A stretch of 32,000 nt of DNA from Zygophlyctis sp. KS116 (Eukaryota; Fungi; Chytridiomycota). The DNA is taken from positions 48,087 through 80,086 of the forward strand of contig BAAFSQ010000015.1 in NCBI GenBank assembly GCA_054661495.1, in the 5' to 3' direction. Below the pieces are notes generated by a model. That model had not been told where the DNA came from, searched no databases, and was given only the letters and a program-made list of their open reading frames with translations. Shown here piece after piece: positions 1-11,433 of the stretch. How positions within the stretch are numbered: the first letter of the stretch is position 1; each line of letters opens with the position of its first letter. Position numbers and translations under genes: made by a program.

Positions 1-1147
1 AATTTCTCGGTTTAGCTAAAATTATTTGACTTGGAGCAAGAATGTAATAAATAGAGTCCACCATTTGTTCCGACTCTAAATATGCTATTATAAGAGATAG
101 AAAACCTTACCTAGTTTAAAATCTTTAGCTTTTAGATTTTTATAGTCTGGAATATCAATTTCATCACAAAAAAGCGTATCGCCAGTTACTTGTATAATAT
201 TCACAGTTGGAGGATCTGGTTCCTACCATTATTAAAAATTCTTCTTTTTAAATTACTTTTAAAAGTTGTTCCTGTTCTGGAACTATATTTACATCCTTAA
301 AATTCCCAAGATCAACATTATATGCAAAAATTAACAGAGTATCATCTAAAAACGGAGCAATTCCAGAAACTATAAAAGATAATTTAATTTGAAAAATAGT
401 CTCCACGTACTTTTCTTGCTGAATTGAATTTTCTCCAGAATTCTTGCACTAAACAGTTTAAATTTTTAATTTACTTTAATATTTGCAAGAATTATATCAT
501 TACCCCAACCAATCAGCAATTCCTCCTCACTCTTCCAAGAAAAATGACAATGAAAAAGATCATCTGGCAGTTCATTTGAATCTCTTTTAACATGACCAAA
601 AATTAATTGACTTGTAGTATCGTAAAAATGAATCCCCTAACAATTTATAATATTAAAATACTTGTCCTGCCCATACAATATTATCCTTTTTCCAATCCAC
701 GGCTACAATTGGATTCTGTCCAGAGTATAAAACCAAGTCTCTATAACCAAACCAACCTTTAGCCGATAAGACCAGATTCTCCCCAGTCCCACCAGACACA
801 AAAGAACGAGAGCCCTTTGAAAAATCCGGTTCTAAAGATGCTCCCTTGACAGGCCTTTTACGATTAAAAACCAGAGATTCATGCGAATAAAGATTATGAA
901 TTATACAGCTTCCATCATCTGATGCTGATATTAGAAATTCTGAATGATCGTCAAGCGCCAATTGATTAACGGTTGCAGAATGTGCCGACAGTTCACGGAC
1001 AAGAGTGCCTAGAGAATCAAGAATTAAAATCCGCCCAAAGAGAGTTCCTACGGCTATAAACTTATCAATGACGATGGCAGAATATCCGTCCTTCTCAGTC
1101 AAGAGACTAGAGTCACAGTATGTAGAATATTTGAGTTTTGGCTCCAT
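1..1147 (-). CDS. VPS41: HOPS complex subunit Vps41, N-terminal WD40 region (runs off left edge)
   Basis: EPKLKY start, FVSGG..LVLSAKGWFG and YYILAPSQIILAKPR motifs typical of Vps41. Frame is restored by GT-AG introns at 637-661 (25 nt), 449-474 (26), 223-256 (34) and 85-110 (26). Confidence 0.93.
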
Positions 1148-1180
1148 CCGATCGCTAGGGCTCTACCCTAGAATTGATTT

Positions 1181-1769
1181 ATGAATTCTTTCATCATTCT
1201 AGCCTCGATATTGAATGCAATTATCATTGGACTTGTTATTATAGGCTATGTTTACAAGAGGCCAAGGACAATCTTACTTTTGGGACTTTCTGCAAGTGGA
1301 AAAACTAGATTTTGGAGACAACAGACTGGAAAAGATCAAGTTTCCACATGTATTTCTTTAAAAACAAATATTCAAAAGATCAAGGATGAAATTTGGATTG
1401 ACGTTCCGGGGCATGAGAAATTATGGGAGTCGGAATTATCAAAATTGAAATTATCTGGACAAGTCCTAATTTACTATTTAATTGATGCTGCAGTCTTTGC
1501 ACGGAATAGGAAACAAGTGGCTCAAAGGCTATATCAGACTTGTAATATAACAGCTCTAGCAAAATTAAAAACGCCGGTTACTATAAAAATTATGAATCAA
1601 AATCATCAAATGGCTCTAGAATTGGAAAAGATCAAGGTCTTGTTAGAGAAAGAATTGTACCGTTTTATTACTAAAATTTAGGGAAATTATTAGGAAAAAT
1701 AAATTAGAGGCAGTAGATCTAGATCACGAAAGTGTAGAAAATCATCAGGAATTGGACTTTATATTTTGA
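1181..1769 (+). CDS. SRP102: Signal recognition particle receptor beta subunit-like small GTPase (divergent, short)
   Basis: N-terminal TM helix, GLSASGKT P-loop, DVPGHEKL G3 motif. Intron 1657-1681 (25 nt) gives LEKELEIIRK, with stop at 1767-1769. Confidence 0.8.
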
Positions 1770-1790
1770 TAATAATCCATAATTTCTATT

Positions 1791-3288
1791 CTAATGAATC
1801 TGGCCTTTTATATCAACTCCCTTAATATTTAATTTAGAAAGTTGGTCTGATATAATAGGAAATCCTGCCTTTGTATCTATATAATCAGTTGATAGAGGAA
1901 TCGAGCGTTGAACTAACCAATCTTTTACTTCTTTGAGATTTATAAAGCCCAAATTTAAATCTTTTAATTTAAAATCAGGTCTAAAAGAATGACAAATTAT
2001 TTTTAGAGCACGAACTCTTTCACGATCTATAAATTGATCCATTAAATACCCAGAAAGACATGGCGCAGTCATGTACAGATTGAATAAAGAATCATAATTG
2101 CTGGTAGCAATCGCAGATCGCACAGCTAAAGAATGAGAAACACATGTTTGTGATTTTTGAATATCTGTTAAATTTGATATTGTTTGTACCAATTCTTTGG
2201 CTTTAAAAGTAAAATTTACCTGTTTTATTGTTTGTATGAATCATGTACAGGATTCTATACCCCATAAACTCATCAATGCTACCAGGTAATTTGTAAATTT
2301 GATATAAATCCTTTAATTGACCCTGACATTGATTGAATTCACCTAAATCTCCCTATTTATTAAATTTTTTAAAAAATTAATACCTTTTCAATAGCAATTC
2401 GAGCATGAGTTTCATAAACTTTTACACTGAATTCATTCTTTATCCTTTGCACTGTTAAATCCTGCCTAACAGACTTTAATTGATCACAAATATATGTATA
2501 ATTTCCCTCTTGTTTCCATTTTTTGATCAAAAAGTCTAGAGACTGAACTAAAACACGCAGAGGACGAACTGTAGTAGGATCAACCGCACTAGTAATTCTC
2601 AAATAACTTTTTTCCAAATTTTTACAAGTTCCAACGACTGTATCTTCATCCCAATCAATAACATCTGGATTTCCTTCTGCTCCTGCAGCAATAAATGCTT
2701 CCCTTACCTTTGCCGCATGAGCCGAATCCTTTTTCCTTTTCCTATCTTCTACTTGTTGTTTTTCCGAGAATCTTTTCAGCCTACTTAATTTAACATTGTT
2801 ACTTTCTTCCAATTGAAAATTCAAGTTTTGCCCTGTTGGAAGAGATTGCTGCATAAAAGGCTGCATGTAATGTTTGACAGACTGTTTGACAGACTGTTTG
2901 ACAGACTGGAAAGGAGACTGCATAACAGATGCATTTACCTGAGGAGGAGGAATTTTTGGCATTTCTGGTTTGAAAACTGGAATTTTAGGCATTGGAGGAA
3001 CAATCGGTTTTTTTGGTTTTGCGACTTGAGCATAAGACATACATTCCTTTGGCATTGGCATTTTATCCCAGTCTGTAGACCAAATTGCACCTTTAGACTG
3101 AACATCCTTGATCAGATTTCTCAACATATCTTCCACAAGTGGTTTCTTGGGAATTGGACAAGACTCATTGACTCTCTTTACATATTCCTTTAGAGACGCA
3201 GGCCATTCTGTAATGACTGGAGTAGGAACATTTCTCTGTACACTACTGTATGCTGGCTCTAGAATTTAAAATCAAATCAATTACTCAT
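1791..3288 (-). CDS. THP3: SAC3/GANP family protein, Thp3/LENG8 type
   Basis: [80 protein letters not shown] and C-terminal VDIKGQI. Introns at 3259-3284 (26), 2353-2383 (31) and 2195-2219 (25). Confidence 0.92.
2872..2908. repeat. 12-bp coding tandem repeat (about 3 copies) in THP3
   Basis: TGTTTGACAGAC repeated, encoding [12 protein letters not shown] on the minus strand. Confidence 0.9.
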
Positions 3289-3330
3289 TAAAAGCTTTTT
3301 CAACACCCACAGGCTAGGACGATATAGCAG

Positions 3331-3370
3331 GCGAGCGCACAGGTCAAGTCGAGAGCGCACAGGTCAAGTC
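3331..3370. repeat. 20-bp tandem duplication in divergent promoter
   Basis: G(C/A)GAGCGCACAGGTCAAGTC x2, 19/20 identical. Confidence 0.95.
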
Positions 3371-3376
3371 TCTGGT

Positions 3377-4129
3377 ATGAAAAAGGCAATTCTTGATCAT
3401 TATTCATGGACTTTTGCCTATTCTATCTACCACCCAGTATTTTATTCCTGCATAAAGACAAATTATACTCCAAGTCATGTAAACTCTTGGCCAATGAAAA
3501 AAATTTACAATGAATCAACAACATTATCAGAAATTGATTTAAAATCAACAGAAATTTCTCATGAAAAAGGAAATCTTCAAGCTTACCAGTGGGCTAATCA
3601 GTACAATTTCAATGATGAATCACAGGTGTCGGATCATGTCTTGGAAAAAGGAAGAAAAATTCTACTAAAGAGATTTGCTAAAAGGCATGATTTAGTCTCT
3701 TTATCTAATCTCTTATCAAATTCAGATGTTTCTAGTCAAGATTATTATCTAGTAGCATCTACTATTATAAAAGAAGGTTCACTAGAGGAATTATTACAAT
3801 TATTAGAAAAAGGATTAGAGTCTAAAATTCCTCCTAGAATTGGTATTTTATTAAAGATTTTTGAAAAAGCTGTAAATCTAGGACATCAAAAGGCTTGTAC
3901 TACAATTTGGAATTATTTTTCATTGATTCCTAAAAACTTTAGACTAGAAAGGGCAGTCTTGTTGAAATTAAATTTGGTAAAAAACGATCAGGAATTATTT
4001 TCAGTCTTTGAAAAAGCTAAAGAATGGAGTGTTTTATCCCCAAAAGTAAGGTTGGGAATTTTACAAACTGCAAAGAGATTTTCTTCAAAGTATGAGGCAG
4101 ACTGGAAATTTCGTCTATTAAAGAAATAA
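3377..4129 (+). CDS. Hypothetical protein, probably alpha-helical
   Basis: 250-aa uninterrupted ORF filling the space between THP3 and MIX17. No motif recognised. Confidence 0.7.
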   Translation: MKKAILDHYSWTFAYSIYHPVFYSCIKTNYTPSHVNSWPMKKIYNESTTLSEIDLKSTEISHEKGNLQAYQWANQYNFNDESQVSDHVLEKGRKILLKRFAKRHDLVSLSNLLSNSDVSSQDYYLVASTIIKEGSLEELLQLLEKGLESKIPPRIGILLKIFEKAVNLGHQKACTTIWNYFSLIPKNFRLERAVLLKLNLVKNDQELFSVFEKAKEWSVLSPKVRLGILQTAKRFSSKYEADWKFRLLKK

Positions 4130-4204
4130 CTCTGTTGAAATGTAGTAAAATTAGAATCAATAGAAATCACTTTTATTTTTCTTCATTGTCCAATCTCAAC
4201 TTAC

Positions 4205-4600
4205 TTAGTAAGTTTTATAGTTAGCCTGACATTGCTTAAACATATCCAAATAGAATTGACAAGGAGCAATATCATTTGCGTTTGAGTCTAAACATTTCAT
4301 AAAGGCTTTCTGATCAGTTTCACAAGGATTTGTTTCCTGCTGCTGTGGTTGATCCTGAGGCTGTTGAGCTGGCTGAGAACTTCCACCAAACATTGAAGTC
4401 AAACCATGACCAAGCGTATGACCAATAGTAGATCCTACAGCAACCCCGGCAGCTGTAGAAGCCATATTAGCAAAGAGAGAAGGCTGCTGTTGAGCTGGAG
4501 CCTGCATTGGGGGTTGAGGAGGAGCATGAGGTGCTACTGAGCTAGAGGAAGCTGAGCGTCTCTGAGATGAGGAAGGTCTAGAAGATCTTGATCTTGGCAT
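4205..4600 (-). CDS. MIX17: Mitochondrial intermembrane space CHCH protein (Mix17/CHCHD2/CHCHD10)
   Basis: MPRSRS start, PSLFANMASTAAGVAVGSTIGH hydrophobic helix, twin CX9C motif. Confidence 0.96.
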   Translation of the reverse strand: MPRSRSSRPSSSQRRSASSSSVAPHAPPQPPMQAPAQQQPSLFANMASTAAGVAVGSTIGHTLGHGLTSMFGGSSQPAQQPQDQPQQQETNPCETDQKAFMKCLDSNANDIAPCQFYLDMFKQCQANYKTY

Positions 4601-5025
4601 TTTTTAACGCCATGACGCCACCGGAATTTGATTTCGCGATTCTAGAAGCCCTACGATTTGAACCACAAACATTACCTATTAATAGCAATAATTTGCCACA
4701 TGGAATGGAGGAAATTATATTTAATAGGTAATGGTATAAGCTGGATATGGAGTTAATTAATGGTATAAAATTGATTGTTCACGTCATTCTCATTTCTCTT
4801 TCAATTACATGCTTTCTCATACTTTACATACTTGATTAATTACATGGTGAATCCTCATAATAATTATACACTGAATTCAAATCGCACAAATTTTCTCTAT
4901 ATCCCGGAATGATTTACAGAAAATTCAAAGAGAAAATTTAAGAGAAAATTTACAAGGAAATTTTAGGGTTAAATACCCATCAGGTCTAGGGTTATTTTAA
5001 CTTTGGCACAGGAGCATCTCCGGAG

Positions 5026-5838
5026 ATGACTCCGTTATCTAGATTTATGCAATTCACTACATTTTTTTCTAGCAATGACTCTAATGCTTCGACTTTTAAC
5101 CCACTGGATTATAATTATTGGCGATCAGTTGTATCTGCATGTTTTGCCCCAAATGCAATGATCAAAATTCAAATGAAAGCAGCACATTCGGATGATACTA
5201 GATCTTTTGATCTGGATTCATCTCTAATGGCTAGATTTTTTCTTGTAACTTTCCAATCAGGAGTTTCTGGACTAAAGTTTGTACTTTCATCTTCAGAAAT
5301 TGTATATTCTGTATCTGGCTCTGTTTTAGATGCACCAAATGCTTGCATGTTGTTTACATATGAATTATGCTCAATTATAGTAGAGGGGCATTTAAGAGTA
5401 CATTATGATCAAAATTTAAATATTCAACTCTTGGAATGGCAAGAAAAATCATTTTCTGAATACATTCAAAGAAACTTTCTCTTCTCAAAAAATGAAGAAA
5501 TGGTTGCAATACCGGAAAGTCCTGTAAATGTAAGGTTTTTAAAAAATTTTAAATTTAAAGGAGTTTGGAATTTCCGAAAGATCAATGAGATGTTTAGAAA
5601 TCGCTGAAGTTATGTATCATTTGGGAGATTTGACTCAATTAAGTCTTCAATTGAAATGTGGTCCTCTAGGTATTTGATTAATAGAACTTAAAATTTAGAA
5701 ATTCTTCGTAATTATATTACGCTGACTAATCGACGACCGTCTAATTCTGCACCATCACCAACAGGGTCCACCAATGGACGAAATGCATCTGACTTTGTAT
5801 TATCTTCGACTCCAGCTCCCTCAGAGGAAAAAATATAG
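5026..5838 (+). CDS. LIM-domain-binding (LDB/SEUSS/Mfg1/Adn1/PtaB) family transcriptional co-regulator
   Basis: YWRSVVSACFAP, LMARFFLVTFQSGV and, after splicing, PESPVNEFGISERSMRCLEIAEVM..GPLEIL. Introns at 5530-5560 (31) and 5670-5698 (29). The true start is uncertain. Confidence 0.85.
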
Positions 5839-5852
5839 AAAGGAAATAAAAA

Positions 5853-8800
5853 CTAGTAAAATTCTTCAAATTCAAAGACTTCCAAGCATGAAATGTCCGC
5901 CTCTACAATTTTGGTCTTGGAATTTTCAGTAGCCGGGTCTAGTAAATCATTTATAGATGAGTCTGATAGTTCTGAATGACTATCAGAGTATTCTTGTTGA
6001 ACTTGAGTATCTTTTATGTCGCAATCAACATTTTGTGTTTCAGTGGTATGAGTATGGTCTATATTATCAACATTTGATTCTTCATGATCCGGCGGTACTG
6101 TCAGAATCTCGCCATGTATATTTGAAGTATCATTGTTAAAGTCGTCATCGCTGATGAAGTCTAGGAAGTTCTCCAAACTTTCCTCTACTTGTTTTTTGTC
6201 ACTCACTCGTTCTTTCAGACTTGAATCAATTGCTTCCGGTAATATATTCGGACATTGATTTCGTTCAGTTCTGTCCAGCTCTATATTTTCATCATTCAGA
6301 AGATCTTTAAATTCCAAACTATTGAGAATTTCTAGAATTATTCATTCATTTTGATAATTACTAAGCCGTTTAATTATTGATGACCAGAGGGGATTACACA
6401 TCAAAAGATCTTCACTCCCAAAGACAAGCAAATTCCTAAATGTTAGACTTAACAAGTATTTGAAACCTTTTTGCCCTGGTAAGAGCAACATTAATGCGGC
6501 GGGCATCATCAATAAATCCGATATGGTTTGTCCTGATTGTAGAAAGCACTATTACATCCTTTTCAGCTCCCTGAAATGCATCAACCGTAGAAACTTGCAA
6601 ACCTGAATACTCTTTACCTCCAATTGCTTCAATAAGAGATAGAATATAATCCACTTGACCTTTATCTGATATTAAATCAACCAAGACTCACATAATGCTA
6701 TTATTCCTATTTGTTTCCCAGAAATGCCTTTTTCAATTAAGGAGCTTACAAAGCTAATGATAGTTTCCGCTTCTTGTACATTTATAAATGAAAGCTTGGC
6801 GTTCTTCTCAATTCCAGAGGTATCAACAAATGCTAAAGAAGGTAGCGACGGTATTACTGAGATTAAATCACTAGTTTGAGGACCATGGGTTAGTAGGCCT
6901 TTGTAAAATAATTCATTACTTAAAGATCCAATCAAAGGATGGCATCGATACTGGATCCCAAGTAGAATTGGAATTACATCAGTTTTGGCCATTCTTTCAA
7001 AAAATGTGAAATCGAGACCTGAAGCGCCTTTATTACATTGTGTCGTAATTGTAGGAGGCAGCTGTAGAGGGTCACCAACCAGAAGCAACCTTTCCGCTCC
7101 AAATCTAACTATGGGGAGCATAGATGTGGGCTCCGTCATCTGGCTACATTCATCCAAAATGACAACATTCGCATGAAAATCGGACATCATTTCAAAACTT
7201 GTTGCTAAGCAAGTGACTCCAACAACAAAAGCATTGGAAATGATGGACTTATTTTCATTTGAAGTAAACTTTTTGATGGTGATCAGTATATCTAGAAGAT
7301 CATTACGTACAGTTTTACCTTCTCTTTCATTTGAAGATAAATTTGAATTTTTCAACATACTATTCAATTCCTTCAGATCTATTTTGAACTAAAAACAAAA
7401 TCTACCTTCATTTGTCGATTTAATTTGCTGAGCGGTAAATGGCAGAATTCTTTTTGCAATTTTTTTGAGACTTCCAACTCGTACAAACGACTTAAAGTTT
7501 AATTCAAGAAGACTTAATAAAACACGATCCACAGCTACATTCGTATTTGAGGATACTAGTATTCTAAAGTTTGATGACTTTAGCAAACCAGAAATAAATG
7601 CACGATGATAAAAAATTATAAGAACAGCCGTTAGATATGATTTACCTGCTCCAAACGCCTAATTACCGTTAATATCTTTAACATACACCATGAGCCAAAG
7701 TTATGGGATTCGATTGTCCAATGCAAGAGTTGGCGGATGATAATAAAACCGCATTCTGATCCTTGTTCAAATTAAATTCATCAGAAACTTGAGCCATCAA
7801 GGTTATAAAAGCGTTTGCATTTCCCGGTAAAACTAATGGCGTACTTTTGATTGTTTGTTCATCATTAGCGAGTATAGTTCCCAGCAATGGTGAGTTTGGC
7901 AAATTCTGAATCAAATTTGGTATTGCACATAACTCCCCACAAGCATTTAACAAACGAATTCCAATCACATTCTCTGGCCCATTCTGTCCTTTTAGAATAT
8001 ATTGAGCTTTTAGAACATCTTTTTGGGAAACCGGACAAATTTCAATCATTCCATTTGATAAAGGACCGAAAAAAGTACTGGTTGCCAGAAAGTTTGTTGT
8101 AAAATCATTACTTGTAGATATCACCCAGATATCATCTTTTGAATACATTGAGTGGTGTTCCTTATTTGACAAGTGTAAAGCGTAATATTTATTTTGATGA
8201 TTTTGTTTGTTTTTCTGATCTTTTTTCTTTAATACACTAATATATTAATCATTTAAAATATCTTCAACCTTAGCTCTATACTTGCATAATATGATATTCC
8301 GCTACTCCTTAAAAATGCCTCTAATTTTGATAAATCCTTGTCTCTGAAATTTTTTAGTTTTTGATTATATGTTGCAGCTATTTGTGAGATTTGGATTTGA
8401 ATATTTTCATTAATCGCTCTTGAAAATGTATCTATATACTCCCCTAAATCTATTAAAAGAATTTTCATTTACCTATATTCCTAAATCTGTTTGGAATATT
8501 AAGACCTCTTTGTCCGATAATCGTGTTTTGTATTTCTTGGATTGAAGGAAAGAAAAGATTAGTAAATTCTTTTTCCTGAGATTTGACCTTTATGTTTTCA
8601 TAATTTTCTTGAGTATCCTTGGGAGCCATGGGAGCCATTGGAGAATCGGACATGTCACTGTCTGATGAACGCCAGCTACTAAAGCATGTTTGAGGCTTGG
8701 GTTTATGCACTATAGGTTTGGATTTGACTTGAAGTTTGTTGGGGCTATGTCTAAAGCTTGGGGGTTCAGACATATGAATTGGCTCCGATTCCGATGGGCG

Positions 8801-9082
8801 CAGAACTTGTGTTTGTCGAATTTTCTTTACAGAGAGAGGCTTAAACTTTCTTTTTCTTATAGATGGAATGGGATCAGAAACTTGCTCTTGATTCTGTACA
8901 TCCACCAAATACTTTTCCATTGTTAAAAGTGAATCAGTACTTGAACCCTTCCACGATGAATCAATGAGATTTCCTAGACTATCATATAATTGAGATTTCC
9001 CTTGTTTGACTTTTAAAGTACCGTCTGACCACGGTTTGATTTTTCTGTTTTTGTAAAGGAGAGATGTGTACAAGACATTCAT
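5853..9082 (-). CDS. ZGRF1: ZGRF1-like 5'-3' DNA helicase (N-terminal DUF2439 plus Upf1/Dna2-like SF1 helicase)
   Basis: [16 protein letters not shown] (DUF2439-like), [11 protein letters not shown] Walker A after splicing, [51 protein letters not shown] and [11 protein letters not shown]. Introns at 8444-8472, 8237-8268, 7659-7686, 7379-7405, 6666-6691, 6436-6466 and 6332-6361 (26-32 nt). Confidence 0.88.
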
Positions 9083-9204
9083 ATTTTCTACTTTTAAGTC
9101 GTAAAACCTTTGATAGCAGTTTAGGTGTCAATTGCAGTGGGCGTATCGCTATAAAGGTAAAATCAATTATCAATAATTCAAGGAGTCACGGAGTCAAGCA
9201 GATA

Positions 9205-9930
9205 ATGATTACGCTCTCAGAACTCTGTATCAAATCTCTTTTAAAAAACTATAAAGACATTAGATCATTGATTGGTCTTCCTGGATCTCTCTCTAAAATA
9301 ATTCTAGAAAAGGCTAGAGAGCGAGGGATATCAACAAGCACAGAGTTTCTAAAGATTTTTTTGGAATTTATTGATGAAAAGTTGGTTTTATCGCTTAATG
9401 ATTATGAATTTCAGAAATTCTTTTCTAAAAACTTGACTTTTTCTCTAGAAATTTCAAGTCTGGACTTGACTGGAGTCAAATCAATCAATGATGGCTCAAT
9501 GCTCACCATTTTAAAATTTAGAAATTTACAATCTTTAAATCTCTCATTTACTCTCGTGTCGGATTTGGGACTCTCTCATTTACTAAGGCCGCTTCCAAAC
9601 TCTGGACTCTGTCAGCTCAAATTTCTAAATATTTCAGGGACTAAAATTACAAGATGTAAATTATTTAAATTAATTGATTTTCCTAATATTTCTATAATCA
9701 ATGTCTCGTATTTACTCTCTAAAAAAGAATCATTACAAATATTCTCTAAAGATCTTGGCTGGGAACTTTGCAAAGACAAAATTCAGGATCAACAGGAATT
9801 ATACTTTTCAAGAGACTTTAAAGCGTGGATTTTAGATTTACCTTTAAAAGAATTTAAAGAATCTGATCACACATTTAAACTAGATCCTTATCTAGCTTTT
9901 AGACCAAGACTAACCTTTAAAAGACTCTAG
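9205..9930 (+). CDS. Leucine-rich repeat protein (RNI-like)
   Basis: MITLSELCIKSL start; LRRs ISSLDLTGV, LQSLNLSFTLVSDLGL and LKFLNISGTKIT. ATG at 9205 preferred over the track start at 9064, which overlaps ZGRF1. Confidence 0.8.
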   Translation: MITLSELCIKSLLKNYKDIRSLIGLPGSLSKIILEKARERGISTSTEFLKIFLEFIDEKLVLSLNDYEFQKFFSKNLTFSLEISSLDLTGVKSINDGSMLTILKFRNLQSLNLSFTLVSDLGLSHLLRPLPNSGLCQLKFLNISGTKITRCKLFKLIDFPNISIINVSYLLSKKESLQIFSKDLGWELCKDKIQDQQELYFSRDFKAWILDLPLKEFKESDHTFKLDPYLAFRPRLTFKRL

Positions 9931-10877
9931 ATTCTTTTAAAAGGAACTGTAGATCTATTTTTTTCAGGCTCTATAATGACACGATTAACTGGTTCAGTAA
10001 AGCGTAAAGAATTAAATCCCACTTTTGATTTCTTGAATGATCCAGGAGGTATTATTCTCTCTGTTTCCAAAACTCTTTGACGAATTTTTGCAGTTTGTTC
10101 AGACCTTTGATTCTCTTTCATGCCACTTATTTTCAAAAATTCAACTTGATTCTCCAAGTCTTTATTTACAGACTTGTATTTCAAAAGTTTCTTTTTCAAT
10201 GTACTTATAGTCTGATTAGACTCTAAAAGCCATGAATTTGTCTCTCCTACTTTTCTAATTTTTAGAAAACTTTAGAATTACTTGTGATAATCAAATAGTA
10301 ATTCTTTTAAATCTATAGAATCTAAACTAGACTCTAATTCATCCCAACAACCTTGCCATTTCCTTAAATCAAAATCACTAGAGAAATTCCAATGTTTAGT
10401 AAATACTTCTGCTTTAATCCTTTTAGCCTTTTCCTCTTGTAGACTAGCTTTTACATTGTCTAAATTGTCTAAATTTATCTTTAATTGAATTTCCAGTTTA
10501 GAAATTTGTTTTTTCGACTCTGATAAACATTTCAATAATTTGTCCTTTACAATATAGTTTTCTGAATTTGTAGCTCTTAATTCCTCTATTTCTCGTAAAA
10601 ATAAAGTCTGATTCTTTTTAAGACTTGAATTTTCCAAACTTAAATTCTGTAATTCAGTAGACTCTTTTCCCAATGCATTTTCTTGAATATTTTGAATTAT
10701 TTCTACTGGTAAAAGTAGAATATCCTTTAATAAAAAATCCTTTTTACACAATGGACATGATTTTTGTACTTTAAACCATTTCTTTATACAAGATTCATGA
10801 TACCAATGACTACAATTCCTCAATACTCCAAAATTAGAGTCTGTAGAGTCTAAACAAATACAGCAAACAACCACCAT
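9927..10877 (-). CDS. RING-H2 E3 ligase with coiled coil (TRAIP-like architecture)
   Basis: CCICLD..CSHWYHESCIKKWF..CPLCK at the N-terminus, followed by heptad-rich sequence. Intron 10255-10281 (27 nt) joins the two ORFs. Confidence 0.82.
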
Positions 10878-10893
10878 TCCCTGTCCAAGCACT

Positions 10894-10930
10894 ATGCTTT
10901 TGCGTGCTTTTAGATGCTTTTGCGTGCTTT
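10894..10930. repeat. 17-bp direct repeat with 20-bp period in divergent promoter
   Basis: ATGCTTTTGCGTGCTTT at 10894-10910 and 10914-10930. Confidence 0.93.
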
Positions 10931-11102
10931 AAAAGTAAAATTTTACAACCGTACAAGCAATGCTTAGACTCCTTTCCTAGACAAAGGGGATTTTTCCGTC
11001 ACGCTTAAATTTGCATGCTTGGCATCTAAACCGTTTAAAATTTTACAGAAAACAAGAAAATTTTTACTGATTACAAGCTTGGTCTAAAACTGAATTCTTA
11101 AA

Positions 11103-11414
11103 ATGATACTGATCTCCAATACATACTCTGATAGATGTACATTCTCTGATAGAAAATTTAATTGTCATTCTTGTCAGTCTTCCTTTAAGAGATTAGAACA
11201 TTTAAAGCGGCATCAGTTTTCTCATTCAGTTAAAAACACTGGGGTTAAACCATTTCAATGCAGCGTTTGTAGAAAATATTACTCTAGATTTGATTCATTA
11301 AAGCTGCATGCATTCAATTCACATTCTATTTGTTTAGCTTGGAAGGAATATAAACATATCATTCATGATTGGAATCCTCCGTTCAGAAATAAGATTCAGG
11401 ATTTGATAAATTGA
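11103..11414 (+). CDS. Small C2H2 zinc-finger protein (two fingers)
   Basis: CHSCQSSFKRLEHLKRHQFSH and KPFQCSVCRKYYSRFDSLKLHAFNSH; RxEHLKRH is the fungal Adr1/Msn2/Ste12-like finger signature. Confidence 0.85.
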   Translation: MILISNTYSDRCTFSDRKFNCHSCQSSFKRLEHLKRHQFSHSVKNTGVKPFQCSVCRKYYSRFDSLKLHAFNSHSICLAWKEYKHIIHDWNPPFRNKIQDLIN

Positions 11415-11433
11415 AATAAAACTAGTACATTTA

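Noticed and set aside
11120-11153. 18-bp-period duplication at the start of the C2H2 gene, and 9-bp repeats near 29650-29703
   Set aside because: Ordinary in-frame slippage duplications in low-constraint coding regions.
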